A DNA stretch of 62,062 nt, filler included, from Choristocarpus tenellus KU-1152 (Eukaryota; Protista; Phaeophyceae): the NCBI GenBank assembly GCA_964200185.2. It is 7 parts of 7 records of this genome, joined end to end, with 100 filler letters (N's around TTAATTAATTAA, not from the genome) between each part and the next. Parts side by side here need not be neighbours in the genome. Positions count along the whole stretch, not along the records: positions 31,812 to 46,103 come from CAXNAD020001236.1; positions 46,204 to 53,851 come from CAXNAD020005820.1; 5 more parts are not named here. The stretch is one strand, 5' to 3'. Positions 37,601-50,937 of the stretch are shown piece after piece. Each line of letters begins with the position of its first letter. Position 1 is the first letter of the stretch. The translations under genes were made by a program, and so were the position numbers. Under the pieces are notes generated by a model, which saw nothing but the letters and a program-made list of their open reading frames with translations, was not told the origin of the DNA and searched no databases.

Positions 37601-39971
37601 AAGAGGGTATGTCATGGGTGTGTGTTGCAACGCCGGCAGGGAGGCTCATGCCAGAGGAGGTGAGAGGGGGGGTTGGTTCATCTGCAAGCTAATAAGCTCA
37701 AGAATCAGGTTAAGGTTATTTATGACTAGAGAAGTATGATGAATTGGGCAACACACTCAATATATGAAATGCTTCTCTGGCACAGAAAGGTGTATCATCC
37801 TGAAAATGGTTCATTCAAGAGTATGGTAGAGTACACTTACAGTTTGAGCAGATACGGAAAAGTGTATGTTTTTTTCCATCTCACATGTGTTTGGGTGGAG
37901 TTTGGGCGGCATCCTCACTATGGAGTCACATGAGAAGTATTTTTTTGAAATTTAAAGCTCCTAACGTCCACAGAGCCTGTCACAAGTAGTACTTACTGAA
38001 CCACAACACAAGAATCAAAACTTTGGATCCTTTTTTTAGTTCAAATAGGGTCAAATTTTGAGGGATAACAGGATCTTAAAATTGAAATATGATGCTGCTT
38101 CTATATTTTTGTTCCAAGTTGTTTTGACCCATCATATCGTGCAGTTTAACATTCTGAAATAGTCGTTAAAACCACATTTTCACCAACCATGCTACTTTAC
38201 AAAGCACAGCAGTACGACCTTTTCTTGCATAGCAAAATATATATCAGACCTTGAAATTTGGTCGTTTTCAAAACAAAAAACTGTTGGTTGAAGGGAGAGC
38301 GGGGAAGATTGGACTTTGCAGTGTTGCTGGTTAACTTCTGGCTTATATCAGAAGGGAAAGTAGAAGGTCATATACTTCAGGTGCTGCTTTTCGAAAATGT
38401 TACTTCTATATCAGATATCAGCCTACTTACGTTTTATGTTAACATGTCTCTGTTCTGCCTTGCTTGTGACTTTTGTTTTGCACCCTATATTTCAAACTGC
38501 TCTGGACTGCAGGCTCTCATGGCTGCCGATGTAGCAGATCAATTCTCAGGGTCTGAGGTGCGGCTTACAGTGGATCAGAGGGTGCTTTTCCCCAATGTGC
38601 CAACTGAGCTGGTGCCCAAGATGCTAGAAATGCCCTTCTTCAAGCGTTTCCCTGTGGTGAGAATTTCAGGGTTGGGTTTGTAAAGGGAGTTTGTTCAGCG
38701 CAACTCTGCTAAGGTTGAGATTCATGAAGGGGAAGCATTTGATGTTCTACTTTGATCCATTAACGTTTCCGTACAACAAACTGTGCTGAAATTGCTCTCA
38801 AAAATTCAAGACTGTGCTGCATGGACGGGTCAGGGTGGAGCAAGAGTATGCTCACTACTGTGGAAACACACTGAACTTTAAGGTTGCCTCACACCCCTCC
38901 GATCTTGTTCTTCCCTGTTAAAGGACCAAGGTGTGATTGCATCCAGAGTGGTTTCATGTCCAGGATCTCAGTATTGTGGATTTGGGTTAGTGGAGACCAA
39001 GAACAAGGCCATGGAGGTGGCTGTGAAGCTGGAGGAGCTTTTAGACTTCCCAGAAGGTTCTACGATACCACGTATCCACTGGACTGGTTGCCCTAACAGC
39101 TGTGGCCAGGCACAGGTAAGCCTTAGCAACTTTAGTGAAGGGGCACAGAACAGAAGAGTGATTACAGGTTAGGGACGGGGGAATAGTGAAATTTGACTAT
39201 GGTGGGTTTGTTGATGGTTGACACCCACTGTCCAGTCTTGTGCAGAGCTGTAGTGTGGCCGGTACATGGGTGAGGGGGGAGGATTAGTGGGGAGGGGAAG
39301 ATATGCTATTGAGAGTATTAGAAGGATGAAAACATCATGTTCTGTTTCTTATGGCAGGCACAAAAGGAAACGTTTTCTTATTCAACCCCCATACTCTTTG
39401 CTTGTACATGAGCTACTTAACGCCTTTGTCACGTTTGACAAGTTTGGGTTGGGCTATGTCTGAATGCCTTCCATATCAACTGAATCACTGCAAGCACGGT
39501 ATTCAGCAAACCAAAAACATGGATCTCTTGCACTTTTACACTCATACATAGACTCACCCTTCTCTTATCATTGTGCATGATTACAAAATTTAAATGTAGG
39601 TTGGAGATATTGGCCTCATGGGTGGACCTGCAAAACTAGATGGCAAGGCTGTGGAGGGTGTGAACATTTTCCTTGGTGGGGGGGTGGGCGAAACTCACAG
39701 CCTAGGGGAGATCGCCATGAAGGGGATACCAGCAGCAGAGGAGAGCCTAGTCCCTGTACTTCGTGACATCTGCATCGAACGGTTTGGAGCTGTGCCCAAG
39801 GCTGCTACTAGGAGAAATGGACCAAAGGCTGCAGTAGCTGCAGTAGCAAAGGTTGCTCTGGGTGGGGCAACAAAGGCAATAGGGGCAACAAAGGGAGCCA
39901 AGGGAGCAGTGGTTAAAGTGGCAAAGAGGATCATAACTAGGAATGGTGCTAAGGAGGAAGCCAAAGAGTAG
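32447..39971 (+). CDS. NiR: Plastid ferredoxin-nitrite reductase (siroheme/4Fe-4S), 9 exons, ~661 aa
   Basis: Exons 32447-32758, 33206-33349, 34879-35066, 36153-36402, 36703-36815, 37389-37659, 38513-38656, 38924-39115 and 39600-39971 join in phase (1986 nt including stop). Motifs: RLKWAGMFHRR, FMMRLKVPNG, DITTRMNLQLRG, SGMDNVRN, FPRKVNIAISG, INDLGL, RQKSRLMY, cluster ligands CPGSQYC...WTGCPNSCGQAQVGDIGLMG. N-terminal signal peptide followed by an SAF motif. Confidence 0.95.
33781..33920. repeat. Intronic minisatellite: 7 x 20 bp (G/A)ATCCCTGACTATTTTCTCA
   Basis: Units identical except at the first base (G,G,A,G,G,A,A). Confidence 0.95.
35428..35596. mobile_element. MITE family B copy in NiR intron 3
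   Basis: GACTCAAATTACTCTGGG...GTCCATTTGGGG...CCCTGGTGTAGACCCC...CCAGATACTTTGAGCC. Confidence 0.75.
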
Positions 39972-41643
39972 ATTCTATGAAGAGCCTTCGGTAGAGTGGG
40001 CAAGGGGTTAGAGAAAATTGCAAGGGCGGGATGGCAGTGTGATTACGGAATGTCTTCTTCATATCTCTTACTCCTATTTTGTTGTGTGACGTATGAAATA
40101 CCAAGAATTTGTGCCTGTACATTGCCACCAACTATTTTATGGGAGGCTTTGCATGTCCATTGTTGGTGCCTGTTTTTCGTGTAAAGCGTAAGTTAAGGGA
40201 GAATAAGGAGTGCATATTCGGCCTTTATTTGCTGGAGAGTTCAGTAATATCATCTTGCTGCCCCACCCAGTCAGTTGGGGATGGGGCAATAGGTATCCTC
40301 AATTATCATTACCCCAGCACATACAGTAGTGTATTCTGGTCATGTTAGATGGCTTAAATGTTGCTTACATATGCACCTCCAACGTTTGCTTCGCTGGTGT
40401 GCTTATGTCTCCTTGACCTTACATAAGGAATGGAAAGATGTAGATGAACACCGAGGGAAGGCACTGTGCTAATTTTATAAATATGCGTGCATTGATGATA
40501 CTTTCACGGCCAGGTCCTCATAGATTGGAGGGTTGTGCATTTGTCCTTGGCGGTTGAGTCCTGTTTCTTGTGACCCAGTTTCGTGTATGATGTACTCTGG
40601 CTGTATCTACCCTTATGTTCGAGATGATGGTGTCATAGTGAAGAGATAGATCACTCTCTTGTGTTTGTAGGGTTGGTCTTACAGAAAAAGGGCAGGAGGT
40701 GGATGGAAGTGAAAATAGAAAGTCCTCTTGTCATGGATTATTTGGGGTCAATATGCTCTCAAGTCTTCACAGAGGTTGCACGTAGGTAACTACTTTTGAT
40801 GCTACTTTTTGTGTGAGAATGGCAACATGCCAGTAGACGTATTCTATGTGAAAATGTTAAGCTTTGTGCATATAAGACGATTTTGTTGTTCCACATACGT
40901 ATGTGTTCTATCGTCACTTATGACTAGACTACACTTCTCCTTCTGCTACCTTACGCATATCATCTTGAAACACATGTTCTGTTCTTGTCAAATCTCTATC
41001 ATGTGCACATCACATTTCCCACTGTTGTGATATTTGATGGTTCATTCCACCCAAGTCCCATATTGCACCTTGGTTATCCTCCTGGCACTCTTCCTTGAGC
41101 TCTAATTATCTCGTTGTGTGAAAAACTTGAGTCAGTAAGCCCTACCATAGATATAGATAAACGAATTAACTGTATGGATTCATGAGTTCATAGTTTTCAA
41201 TTGGTGCGTGAATACATATGTAGAACTGAAGTGGTGAAGCCATTTGCATGTCCCTTCATCACAACCTGTTCTAACTTCTTACACTCGACTGCCAGTACGT
41301 AAGGTTGCTGGGATCCAGTTTTATTATGGGAGCAGATTGCTTTCATGAGATTGAGTCAGGAAGGAATGAGAATGACTAGTAGACAGAATAAAGAGGGGAT
41401 GAAAAGGAATGATGCCATGTCCACACAACAATACCATGCTAGGACAATGTCCATGATATCCTACATCACTCGGTGTTCTTCACCACATCACATATTCAAT
41501 AAAGCTCTCAACTTCAAATAATATGCCACGAAAAATACCAGAGATTTTGAATGCAGAGCGACTCATCGAAACACATTGTAAGATCTCCCAAAAGTTGGAC
41601 TTTGTAGACCATTCAGTCCTGTGGAAGGGAACAAATTTGGAAT

Positions 41644-41904
41644 TAGCCCAACCAATGGAGAGGTAGGCAGGTTTGGACCCTTTTTGCATTATTCTAAGTC
41701 ATCTTTCTTACCATGTGCAATACACTATTTCATTGCTTTATATGCATAATAGTGTACGCAAAGTTGGTACTCACCCTTTCCACACATAAATTGATATCAC
41801 AACTCAGCGAAGGCTCATCCTGCAGTTGTGCAAAATGACATTATTTTATTCTTTCTTGAGATCCTTAAAATGCAACCCTGCCTACCTCCCAGTTGGTTTG
41901 ACTC
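41644..41904. mobile_element. Putative MITE family D (~261 bp)
   Basis: Inverted ends TAGCCCAACCAATGGAGAGGTAGGCAGG / CCTGCCTACCTCCCAGTTGGTTTGACTC; only one copy in the window. Confidence 0.55.
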
Positions 41905-42498
41905 TATTTTCCATAGTGTGAATTGTTTCTGGTGGGGAGATAGTAGAATTGAGACCTAATCTGACGCTGTGTCGTGAATGTACCCAAGCCGATCGGACCG
42001 ATTTTGCAAGTACAAGGTGGGAAACAAACATTATCGGTGATGTCTTAACCTGCCCATGAACTGAACAGTTTTACAAGGGAAAAGACAAAATACACAACAA
42101 ACGCCTTCCACCCACTACTAGAACACTATACCTTTCCAAACATATTACCACTACTTACAGAGCTTTTCTTATCACTAAACAGCAGCACGATACCATCACC
42201 CCTAACCCTAAAATAGCTAACAAAAGTATGCACACTTGATAGCAAGCACCCGGTGGCAATTAGGGGGTCCATGCAACACACCATGATGGTGCCAATAAAC
42301 GATAATAAAACCTACACTCAGATACTGTCACCCTAACCCTAACCCGTTATAATTTTGTTTCAATTAACACAATACTCTGGAGTAGATTACAAGAGGAAAA
42401 TAGAAGTACTTGGTGAGCAAGGTGAACAGAAAAGCACTCAACGGGAGAGCTAAGTACACCTTACGTCCTCCTCTACCATCTGAAATGGCAGGCCTGTT

Positions 42499-42784
42499 GA
42501 GTAAAAGCATCTTAGAGGGTACGAGTTTTTACCTGTTTGTCCGTTTGGGGCTTGGCTTCCCACCGGTTTTTTAAGAAATTTTCCTATTATTTCGAAATGT
42601 TTCGGAATTGGTAAAATGCGCACGTCTTGGAGGTTTCATGTATAAAGCTATGAAAACATGTGTCCATAACAAGGATATTGACACTTCCTCGCAAACACGA
42701 TAGTCAAAATTACACATCAAAATTGCAACATTGCATTTTGGACCCCAAATTGACGCGGCCCCACCCTCTAAGATGCTTCCACTC
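42499..42784. mobile_element. MITE family A copy (286 bp)
   Basis: TIRs GAGTAAAAGCATCTTAGAGGGT / ACCCTCTAAGATGCTTCCACTC with a perfect 4-bp TSD TGTT. Confidence 0.9.
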
Positions 42785-43899
42785 TGTTACTAGCAGGTAT
42801 GGAAGATCTGGATACTTCTCCATCAACATGCGGGACTGTTCTGATTATGTTCTCTTGCACTCTTCCCTGTTCTTATCCCAGTATTGAATATCTAGCTACC
42901 AGATGAATCAATCAATCGAGTTAATGCAAAAGAGCAGAGCGTGTCCTCCAGTGAGGTACTTGCAATGGATTAACGGCTTCGAAGGTTGTGGTCAAATGCG
43001 TGATGTATTTCAAGAGTTATTGGCGCAGCACAAGAGAGGATATTTAATGAACAAAATTTGTAGTTTATAAGAAACAAATGAAACATTTACAAGATTAATT
43101 TCTTAAAGGGTTAGGGTCGGGGAGGTCTATTTCCCAATGGGACACAAATTTCCATTCACATCTCTTTCACTCTGACAAGGTTAGTCTGTCAATAATCAAC
43201 CAGAGCAACTCTTGTCCAATCGCATCAGATGCTTATCAATCAGAACAACCATTGGAATATTGTATTGTTGCTGCAGATATACCCATAAAACAGACACATG
43301 CATGGGAAACGGGTGTGAGGGATCAGTTGTTGCGTTGCTCGTTTGCTCCCCATTTTGTTTGCTTCACAGGATACACAGAATTTCCAAGACCGGGGAACAA
43401 GAAAATTATCGAAATACTCCTACTCCAGAAATGTCTGCCCCCTAAGTTGAACATAGAACCACTTCACAACACCCTGCACATAGAGGATCGAGCGAAACGC
43501 AATTTTTTTTTTTTTATCCCTGTACAAAAATATTCAACATACACATACAACTGTACCCGTATTACACACATACGCATATTGGCAATACGCACATTCAGAG
43601 ATGTTGAGGGATTGTAAATACAATTTTTTTTCACAACGTGCATTTATTTCTTCCATATGTCACAAACCGTCCTACACCTCCTCGGTGATACTCAGTTCTC
43701 AGAAACGTACTAACTATCCGTATCTCTCCTCATCCTTTCGTATCTTACTCCGAGCACATTCCAACAAACGTACTACTACTACTGTTGATAATGTCTTTTT
43801 CTGTCTCTGGAGTTAACCTGTATTTCTGTATTGTTGCACCCAAGTGTCCATTCTGTTAAATGTTCAATCCTACTGCCTACATATACCTACACATGATGC

Positions 43900-44820
43900 C
43901 AGGATTACAAGGAGGGCAAAACACGAGATCACCCGCCTCCAAAACAGGATCCGCTTTGACTCTTTCCAGACGCAATTGACCGCCTTACCTGATGAAGTGG
44001 AACAAGGGAAGGAGAGTTCCTCAATCGCCCTGGCACACTGCCGGAGCCAATGTGGACAAGGGGCAAATGCATCGGCCTCAACACAACCCCTGGAGCTACC
44101 ATGCCAGATCCCCCCTTCGAAATTAAACTCACCACCAGCAGAATCCTAGAGAGAGAGAAGGCCCTATCGAACAGGTGCCCAGTGACTGGTTGTAGGAGAC
44201 AAAATATGTAGACACCAGACATGCACGTGCCTGGTCTAGGGCAGGAGGACAGGTTCACTAACACCCACCGATGGTGAAGCATCTGGGTCAACTTTGCAAA
44301 GGAATGGGTATCCCTTGCACTATGGAGGATGGTAGTCCATTTACAGTGGACAGAAATTTCCGCATGGATCTGGTTTTCCATGCTGGGATACTAGCGGATG
44401 GATCAGCCCCCTACCTAGATGTTACGTTTGCAGAAGTGCAGGCAGCATCTCATCCACCAGCAATGGTGTAGCTGCTGCTGCAGCTGAGGCACGAAAGCGC
44501 ACCTACTACACGGGATCTTTTGACCCTCGTAGTTACAGCCTCAACACCTTCGGGGTGGAAAGGTTTGAGCACCTCGGTAAGCAAGCGGAAGATTTCTCGA
44601 TGAGCTAGCTACGCACACGGTAGGGGGGAGAGGGACGAGAGACTACAGCAGAAAAGGCGCTGTTAAATCCCGTCTGCGCCAGATAGTCTCATTCACAACA
44701 CAAGTATCCCTATCTAGACGTGCCATGCGTTTTAAGCTGGAGACACCGGGGAGATGGGCAAGGAGGGGCTTGTTAGACTCTTGGAATGTTTCCCTAGCTA
44801 CTCACCCTGGGTGCAGGACT
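43900..44820 (+). mobile_element. 3' fragment of a decayed non-LTR retrotransposon with zinc finger and restriction-like endonuclease (CRE/R2-group type)
   Basis: Frameshifted translation RCPVTGC...DTRHAR...HPPMVKHL, FRMDLVF...YLDVTFAE, AAAAEARKRTYY...SFDPRSYSLNTFGVERFEHLG...DELATHTVGG...RLRQIVSFTTQVSLSRR. Confidence 0.75.
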
Positions 44821-44862
44821 AAGCTAGGTTGGAGGCACAAGAAAACAGTGGTGCAGTATAGC

Positions 44863-46103
44863 TGATAAAGTGGTACCAGAAACGTAGCCCTCTGGAGCAA
44901 TCTTGAATGTTTTTACTGTATTGCAACATCAAATATACAACAATATATATAAAAAACGAAAGCTTATGACAAGAGCTTTCGACGGTTTACATGCATGAAT
45001 GTACAAACTTCGGTGAACGGGAGCTATGCCTCGATCAAATAATGGCAAAAACGCGGAGGAACATATCGGGAGCAATTTTGATGTCAAACTTCAAAACGTA
45101 CAAAAATGAAGCGGTTGGCTGAACTCCCTGGAGAAAACTGGTCCGGGGTAGGTCGCTGCCCAAGTATGGTGCGTGTGGCAATACCGAAAAAAAAGAAGCA
45201 AGATTTGCGGACATCTTTTTGGCCCCATTTACAAACAGACTGTGAGCACACACAAGGATGACCCACAAAGCAACATGAACCACACGATGGTGAGACAAGG
45301 AGAGTCGCCGAGGCCACTCTGCCCTCTGGATCTACCCTCAGCACCTTCTCTATCGAGAGGCGACAGAAAAACAAGTACCGTGTGATACTCAGTGCGAAGA
45401 GTGAAAGTATCTTAGAGGGTATGAATTTTTCCCTGCTTGTCCATTTGGGGCTTGGCTTCCCACGTTTTTTTTTATTACATTTTCCTATTCCGCAATGTTA
45501 CGGAGTAGGTAAAATAAATAAAACTATGAAACAGAGTGTTAGGACAAGGATATTGACACTTCCTAACAAGTACGATAGCCAAAATTACATCAAAATCGCA
45601 ACATTGGATTTTGGCCCCCAAACGGACGCGACTCTGCCCACTAAGACACTTTGACTCCGATGTTAGGTGATGAGAAAGTGTGTGTACTGTAGCGCAGCAG
45701 CATGATCAAATTGCGAAAAGGACCACGCAGCCGCGACACTGATGCTGAGAGATGCATGGAAACCATTATCACACAAATGTGATTGGATCTTCAACCGCTG
45801 CGGAGAACTGCTCCGCAGTCTCTACCACCTCGGGAAAACAGGAAGAGAGCGGTGAGTCCATCACCAGGTGGTACAGGGACGAAGTCTGTGGGGAAGCCTG
45901 GTCGCGGCGGGCGAAGGGAGAACCAAAGTGGCCGCCCGAAGTGAAGGTTGGGGAAAGAGCAGTGTGACTGCGTCCCATTGCGCTCAGGAAACGCCTAAGC
46001 AAAAACCCGGGTGTATAATAACTTAGTAGTCGACAGTTGCAGCAGGCCCTGGCTGTTTGGAAGATGTGTGAGCTGGAGTGGCTTAAGGAAACGAGAAAGA
46101 AGG
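44863..46103. repeat. Copy 1 of an unclassified dispersed repeat with decayed coding potential
   Basis: Collinear with 52531-53500 from TGAT(A/G)AAGTGGTACCAG onward; runs into the contig end; carries a family A MITE. Confidence 0.85.
45399..45657. mobile_element. MITE family A copy (259 bp)
   Basis: Full TIRs; flanks CGAA/CGAT; the paralogous repeat copy at ~53051-53070 shows the empty site. Confidence 0.92.
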
Positions 46104-46203
46104 NNNNNNNNNNNNNNNNNNNNNNNNNNNNNNNNNNNNNNNNNNNNTTAATTAATTAANNNNNNNNNNNNNNNNNNNNNNNNNNNNNNNNNNNNNNNNN
46201 NNN
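46104..46203. other. Artificial contig-joining spacer
   Basis: 44 N + TTAATTAATTAA + 44 N. Confidence 0.97.
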
Positions 46204-46559
46204 AATGTCATTCCATCAAGTAGTATCTACCCCCCCAACTACCCCCCCGCAATGGACTGCAACATTTGCTTCCCCCCCCCCCAAAGGGTGAGCTCACCGA
46301 TTTTGCATGGCCTCCCCAGGGTAATCATTCACTCTCGCCCCTAGCCAGGACAAGCCTAAGTGCAAGACTTCATCCCTATAGTGTTCTCATCAAAGAGTCT
46401 GGTGGGTCTTGGGAGGTTGGTGTTCTGGATGTGTCTGGAAGTGTAGACTTGCTCTCGCTTACGTTAGATCTCAACACATCATTGTTCCTTCCAAGTGTCC
46501 TGGTTAGTTTCAAACCCAGGCTCCCTACAGTTTGGTTCAGTCTACTGTACTTCTCCCCC

Positions 46560-47500
46560 TTCTAAAATGCCATTGCACCACCGGACCACTCCACAGCTTG
46601 AATCATGGTGAAAATATTGACATTTGATGTCAACCCAGGTACCACGGACACATAGTTGAGGACAAAGGTCATCATTTTTTCATTGTGTGCCTCGGAAGTC
46701 AACCTGAGCAAGGTGGTTTTTATAGTTTGCAAATTCCAGGGTCAGAACACAACATAAGGACAGGTCACCAATGGCGATATATTTTGAGGTCCTTCCCAAC
46801 CTCAACTGTCACTGTTGTTCCCCATACAAGTGTAAGTCTATCAAAGTGGCTGGATAGCTGGGCATATTCCCTGAACAACCACTAGTAAAGGCCTAGTGTC
46901 TCCCATGCCTTGATACTATCATCCACCCATTGTCACCTCCAATATCCTCCAAATGTTGAAGTGATGTGCCTCTAGCCTTTCCTCTACCATCACCTCCAGC
47001 GCTGCCTCGAGTACCATCACTTTTTTCCTCCCTTACCTTCCCTCTCCCAAACTTTATCTTCTGATAGGCCTTCCTCGTCTTCCAATTGACCCCATACACA
47101 CTTGGGGCAGTTGTCAATTTTGTGTCCTCTCTTTGCACAGAGCACGAACCTGTATACAATCCACAGCAGCATCATTGAGGTGCTGTCTTGCTCTCAAAGC
47201 TCAGCTTAGTGTATCTACCTGGGGAGAGTAACCCTGACAATACAATTATGAAGGTGGACATGTTGGTGGCTAGCATCTTGACTTCACCTAGTTTGTCACT
47301 CAGTGAAGAAGAGATTGTATGGTACGTGAGTGTACTGCAGAACTGCTTGTCTGCTTAGTATTTTGAGGGAATTCAGCAGGTCTGCAGAAGGGACGAGTTG
47401 CAAGATTGGAGTGTCTAGACAAGGTCTGCGAAACTTACAAGATACATATTAGACCCCAATCCAGGCAACCCTGGGTAGAATGAAACTGGAACCACAATAC
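46560..47500 (-). mobile_element. Highly decayed copia-like gag/protease remnant
   Basis: Minus-strand fragments LCAKRGHKIDNCPK (zinc knuckle), GWMIVS...H (degenerate WxxDSGA protease) and LNYVSVVPGLTSN. Confidence 0.5.
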
Positions 47501-47699
47501 TGGCTCTATGAATACTCTCCCCTGCTACACAAATGAACACATCTAGTAGATGATGCTAAATATCAGATCCATAACAACAATCCAAACAGCAGTATATGAG
47601 TGTATCCATCTTTGAGTGCCATTTCCATTAGTGGTATCTACAACATACCAAGAGCACTAACTACACTCTCCCTTGCTGCACAAACAATATACACCACAA

Positions 47700-48060
47700 T
47701 CTCACTTCTCAAAACAAGAGGAAATGTTCCCACTCTGAAACGATACCTTCACTACCCTACCACCAATGAAATCTCCATTGATGTTCGGTCTATGTGGATG
47801 CTCGGAAGTTGGCTATTCATCTGCTGTCCTGTTGCAGGTTTCATTAAAACAATCTCAGGTACATTCTCTCCTGTGGGTCCTTGGCAATACCCTATATTGC
47901 ATCAGCTACAATCGACAAATCTTCCTTGGTACTCCACCACATGCAAGACTGCAATAAGACAGTATATGGAAAGCTGATTTCTGACTCTCCATATAGACCC
48001 AACATAAATGTAGATTTCCGTTGGTGATGGGTATTGAAGTTATTTTTTTGAGTATAGCAG
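47700..48060 (+). mobile_element. Highly decayed copia-like RNase H remnant
   Basis: Fragments LKRYLHYPT, YVDA, KTISG, YSTT and NINVDFRW occur in the order expected for copia RNase H. Confidence 0.35.
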
Positions 48061-49131
48061 CATTGCCCAAGCAATTTTTTTGGTTGCTTGAGATGTAAAA
48101 GTGTAGTGGTTTATATTTTCCATGTAGGGAGAGTGTTTGTAGTTAAGTGCTGCTAATGTGCTGTTGATACCACAGTTGGAGTTGGTTATCAGTGGTAGAG
48201 TCAGTGATAACTACACCAACGGGTGGTTTTATCTGGATTGTTTTGTGTATCTGATATGTGACATCATCTACCAGTTGTTTTTCTATATATATAGAGAGAA
48301 AATATAGTCCTGCTGATAGACCATAGATATCACTGAAGTAGATAGCAAGAGGTAGAGTCAGTTATGTGTTTCCAATCAAGTTCCACCTACCGATCAACTG
48401 TGGCCGGACCCTTGCATTGGATTAGCTGTCGATGTATCACATGGCATGAGATTAAGTGATGGTGTTCTTTTCTGGCTACGATGTGAACGTTTGCAGTCTA
48501 CACCATTACATCTCGCCCCCATCTTCAAAGGAAATGAGACTGAAATCAATTGTAACTTTGATACATACACATATTCGCACCACTAGCGTGTCGAATATTT
48601 CCCCTAAGCAAGGTAATACCAGTTAAATATTTTGAGTTACAAGTGAATTCGGTCTCATTTCCTTCGACTGAACACTGTAGTAAGACACAAAGGCGTAAGC
48701 TATCATGTGGGCTTTGCAATTTCAACACCAGAAAAGACTGCAATCACAGAATCTCGTGTACCATGTAATGCGTCAACCAATACAAGGGCCCAACAATAGT
48801 TGATCTGTGGGTAGATATCTAAGTGTATCATCAGCATTCCCTACAAACTGTACTGCCTCTGCTTCTGGATTATATACAAGGCTAGCTAGCATGTTAAAAT
48901 GTTGGTGGTGATATTGGAATATAAGATAAAATGAAAGTAGGCCATGCATGCATGATCAATGGTTGGCTTATCCCAAAGCTGGATGGGAACAACTGACACC
49001 CTGACCAGTAATCTATCATTGCCAGTATACTGCATACCACCAACCTGACAAAACACACATATGTATGTACCTTCTTGTCTCTGATATATGACTCCGTCTC
49101 TGACCTCTTTACAACCTTTTTCTGCATGCAG

Positions 49132-50937
49132 ATCTTCCCGATGACAGTGAGGGGAAAGGCAATGGCGTTGGTGGTGTTTGTCAACCGCTTCATGAGTGGA
49201 GTAATCGCCCTCTCATATGAGAGCATAGTTAACTACATAACGCCAGGGGTATCCTTCTACCTCTTTGCAGTGCTTTCAGCCATTTCGGTTTGGTTCTACT
49301 GGTCCAAGGTTGGGATTGGAAGTTCGGGATGTTTGCTGGGAGGGAGGGCGTAGATTGAAGGGAGATTAGAGAGCATTTTACACAAGAAAATACCTTGTAG
49401 TATCAACTTTTGTCAATATCCACCTATCATTGTGTACTAAATATTAGATACAGTCTTAGCATCGAAATGAGTTTATTTTGATTATACATCATTTGTATAA
49501 TGCAAATCAATCTACCAGTTACATCCAACAATTTGGTTGTGTATCGTAGAAGGTGACAAGAAAACGACTCTCTGCTTGTGTTATGCCATCGGAACAGTCT
49601 CTCTCGTTCCCCGTGGACACTGCCAGCCCTGATGTTCGAGATAAGCACGACCTATCTTATTCTTCCAACAGTCAGGAATGTTTTTTTTGTGCCCTTGTTG
49701 AGAAGGTGTAGTTGCGGAAGTTTTCAATTGATCCAGGAAACTTAAAGTTGAAAGTACTGACAATTGTATGTGCTGCAGTGGAGGATATGGTACTGTAGGT
49801 GTATTTGTAGAGAAGCTAGCTAGGGTGATAGAGTAGTACTGTAAGATTCCATGCAGTTCAACGATGATAGGATGCAACCAAGTGCTGGAATTTCCGATCA
49901 GGGAAATAGATATAGAGTTTATGGAGCAAGCCAAACAGTGTGTCTAACTGTGAAAGGAACCGGTGACAGTACAAGTTACTGAATGTAATACCATTATCAG
50001 TATCAGTATATGTGTATATTGGTGTTACACCTTACACCATCATACCAGTCCGGCGGTCCCCCAATACTTGGTTGCTGGGAATCTCTTATTTGGCCTCAAG
50101 ATTGTCTCTCCGACCATTTTTTTGCTGTGTTCATTTCCCTGTTTCTGGTCTATCATGGATTTTTTTTTAAACATAGTAAACCATGATGTGGTGGTCATCA
50201 TTACAGACAGGAGAAATTTATTCTTGAATATTTTGTCTCTAAGATAGTACCATAGTTGGATACTTCTAGTAGTACTATATGGTAGAGAGCATCACTTTGG
50301 TAATGCTTCAAAATGCTTGTTTAGCCTAGGATTATATTGCTGTACATGATGGTATGCTGTGGTACTTGGAACCCCATTGGTTTTTAGAAGAGGACATTGC
50401 TTCTAGTTATTGTTTGACACCGCTCAAATATGTTAGATATGGCACATGTGAGCATTTTGGCATTCTTGGCCCAATAGACAAACGAAATATCATACATACT
50501 ACCCTTTGTGTTGATTTTTCTGACTCAGTATTTGGGAGGCGTGGTGTACATTCAGTGTTGTACACACCACTGCCTTTGGGTTAAAGCACCATTGCTTCTA
50601 CCACTTCTCCATGTGTGTATATATGTAACTATGGTGATTATCATGACATTGAGTATGAGTTGGCAGTTTCCCATTCACACGCATATTCTGCATCTATATT
50701 TCGATGTTTTGAGCATTTTTTCTCCTTTCCCCTGACCACCACAACACCCACCACTGCCTTGATCAGGTACCGGAAACTAGAGGAAAACCCCTGGAAGATA
50801 TCACAACGGAACTTACAAGCTTTGCTCCTCCTCAATGCTGCCCTGCAGGGGGCAGGGTGAGGGGTGGGATAGGGAATAGCATAAACAATGGTGGTCATCG
50901 ACACCACCAGGTTCCTGATGATGAATGTGATGACTGA
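49132..50937 (+). CDS. 3' exons of an MFS sugar porter (polyol/monosaccharide transporter-like)
   Basis: Exon 49132-49308 (IFPMTVRGKAMALVVFVNRFMSGVIALSY...FYLFAVLSAISVWFYWSK) and terminal exon 50767-50937 beginning VPETRGKPLEDI, the sugar-porter PETKG signature. Confidence 0.9.

Noticed and set aside
23414-50937. Apparent gene cluster (PDI, cyclin, nitrite reductase, sugar porter)
   Set aside because: Each gene lies on a different contig separated by artificial spacers, so no linkage can be inferred.
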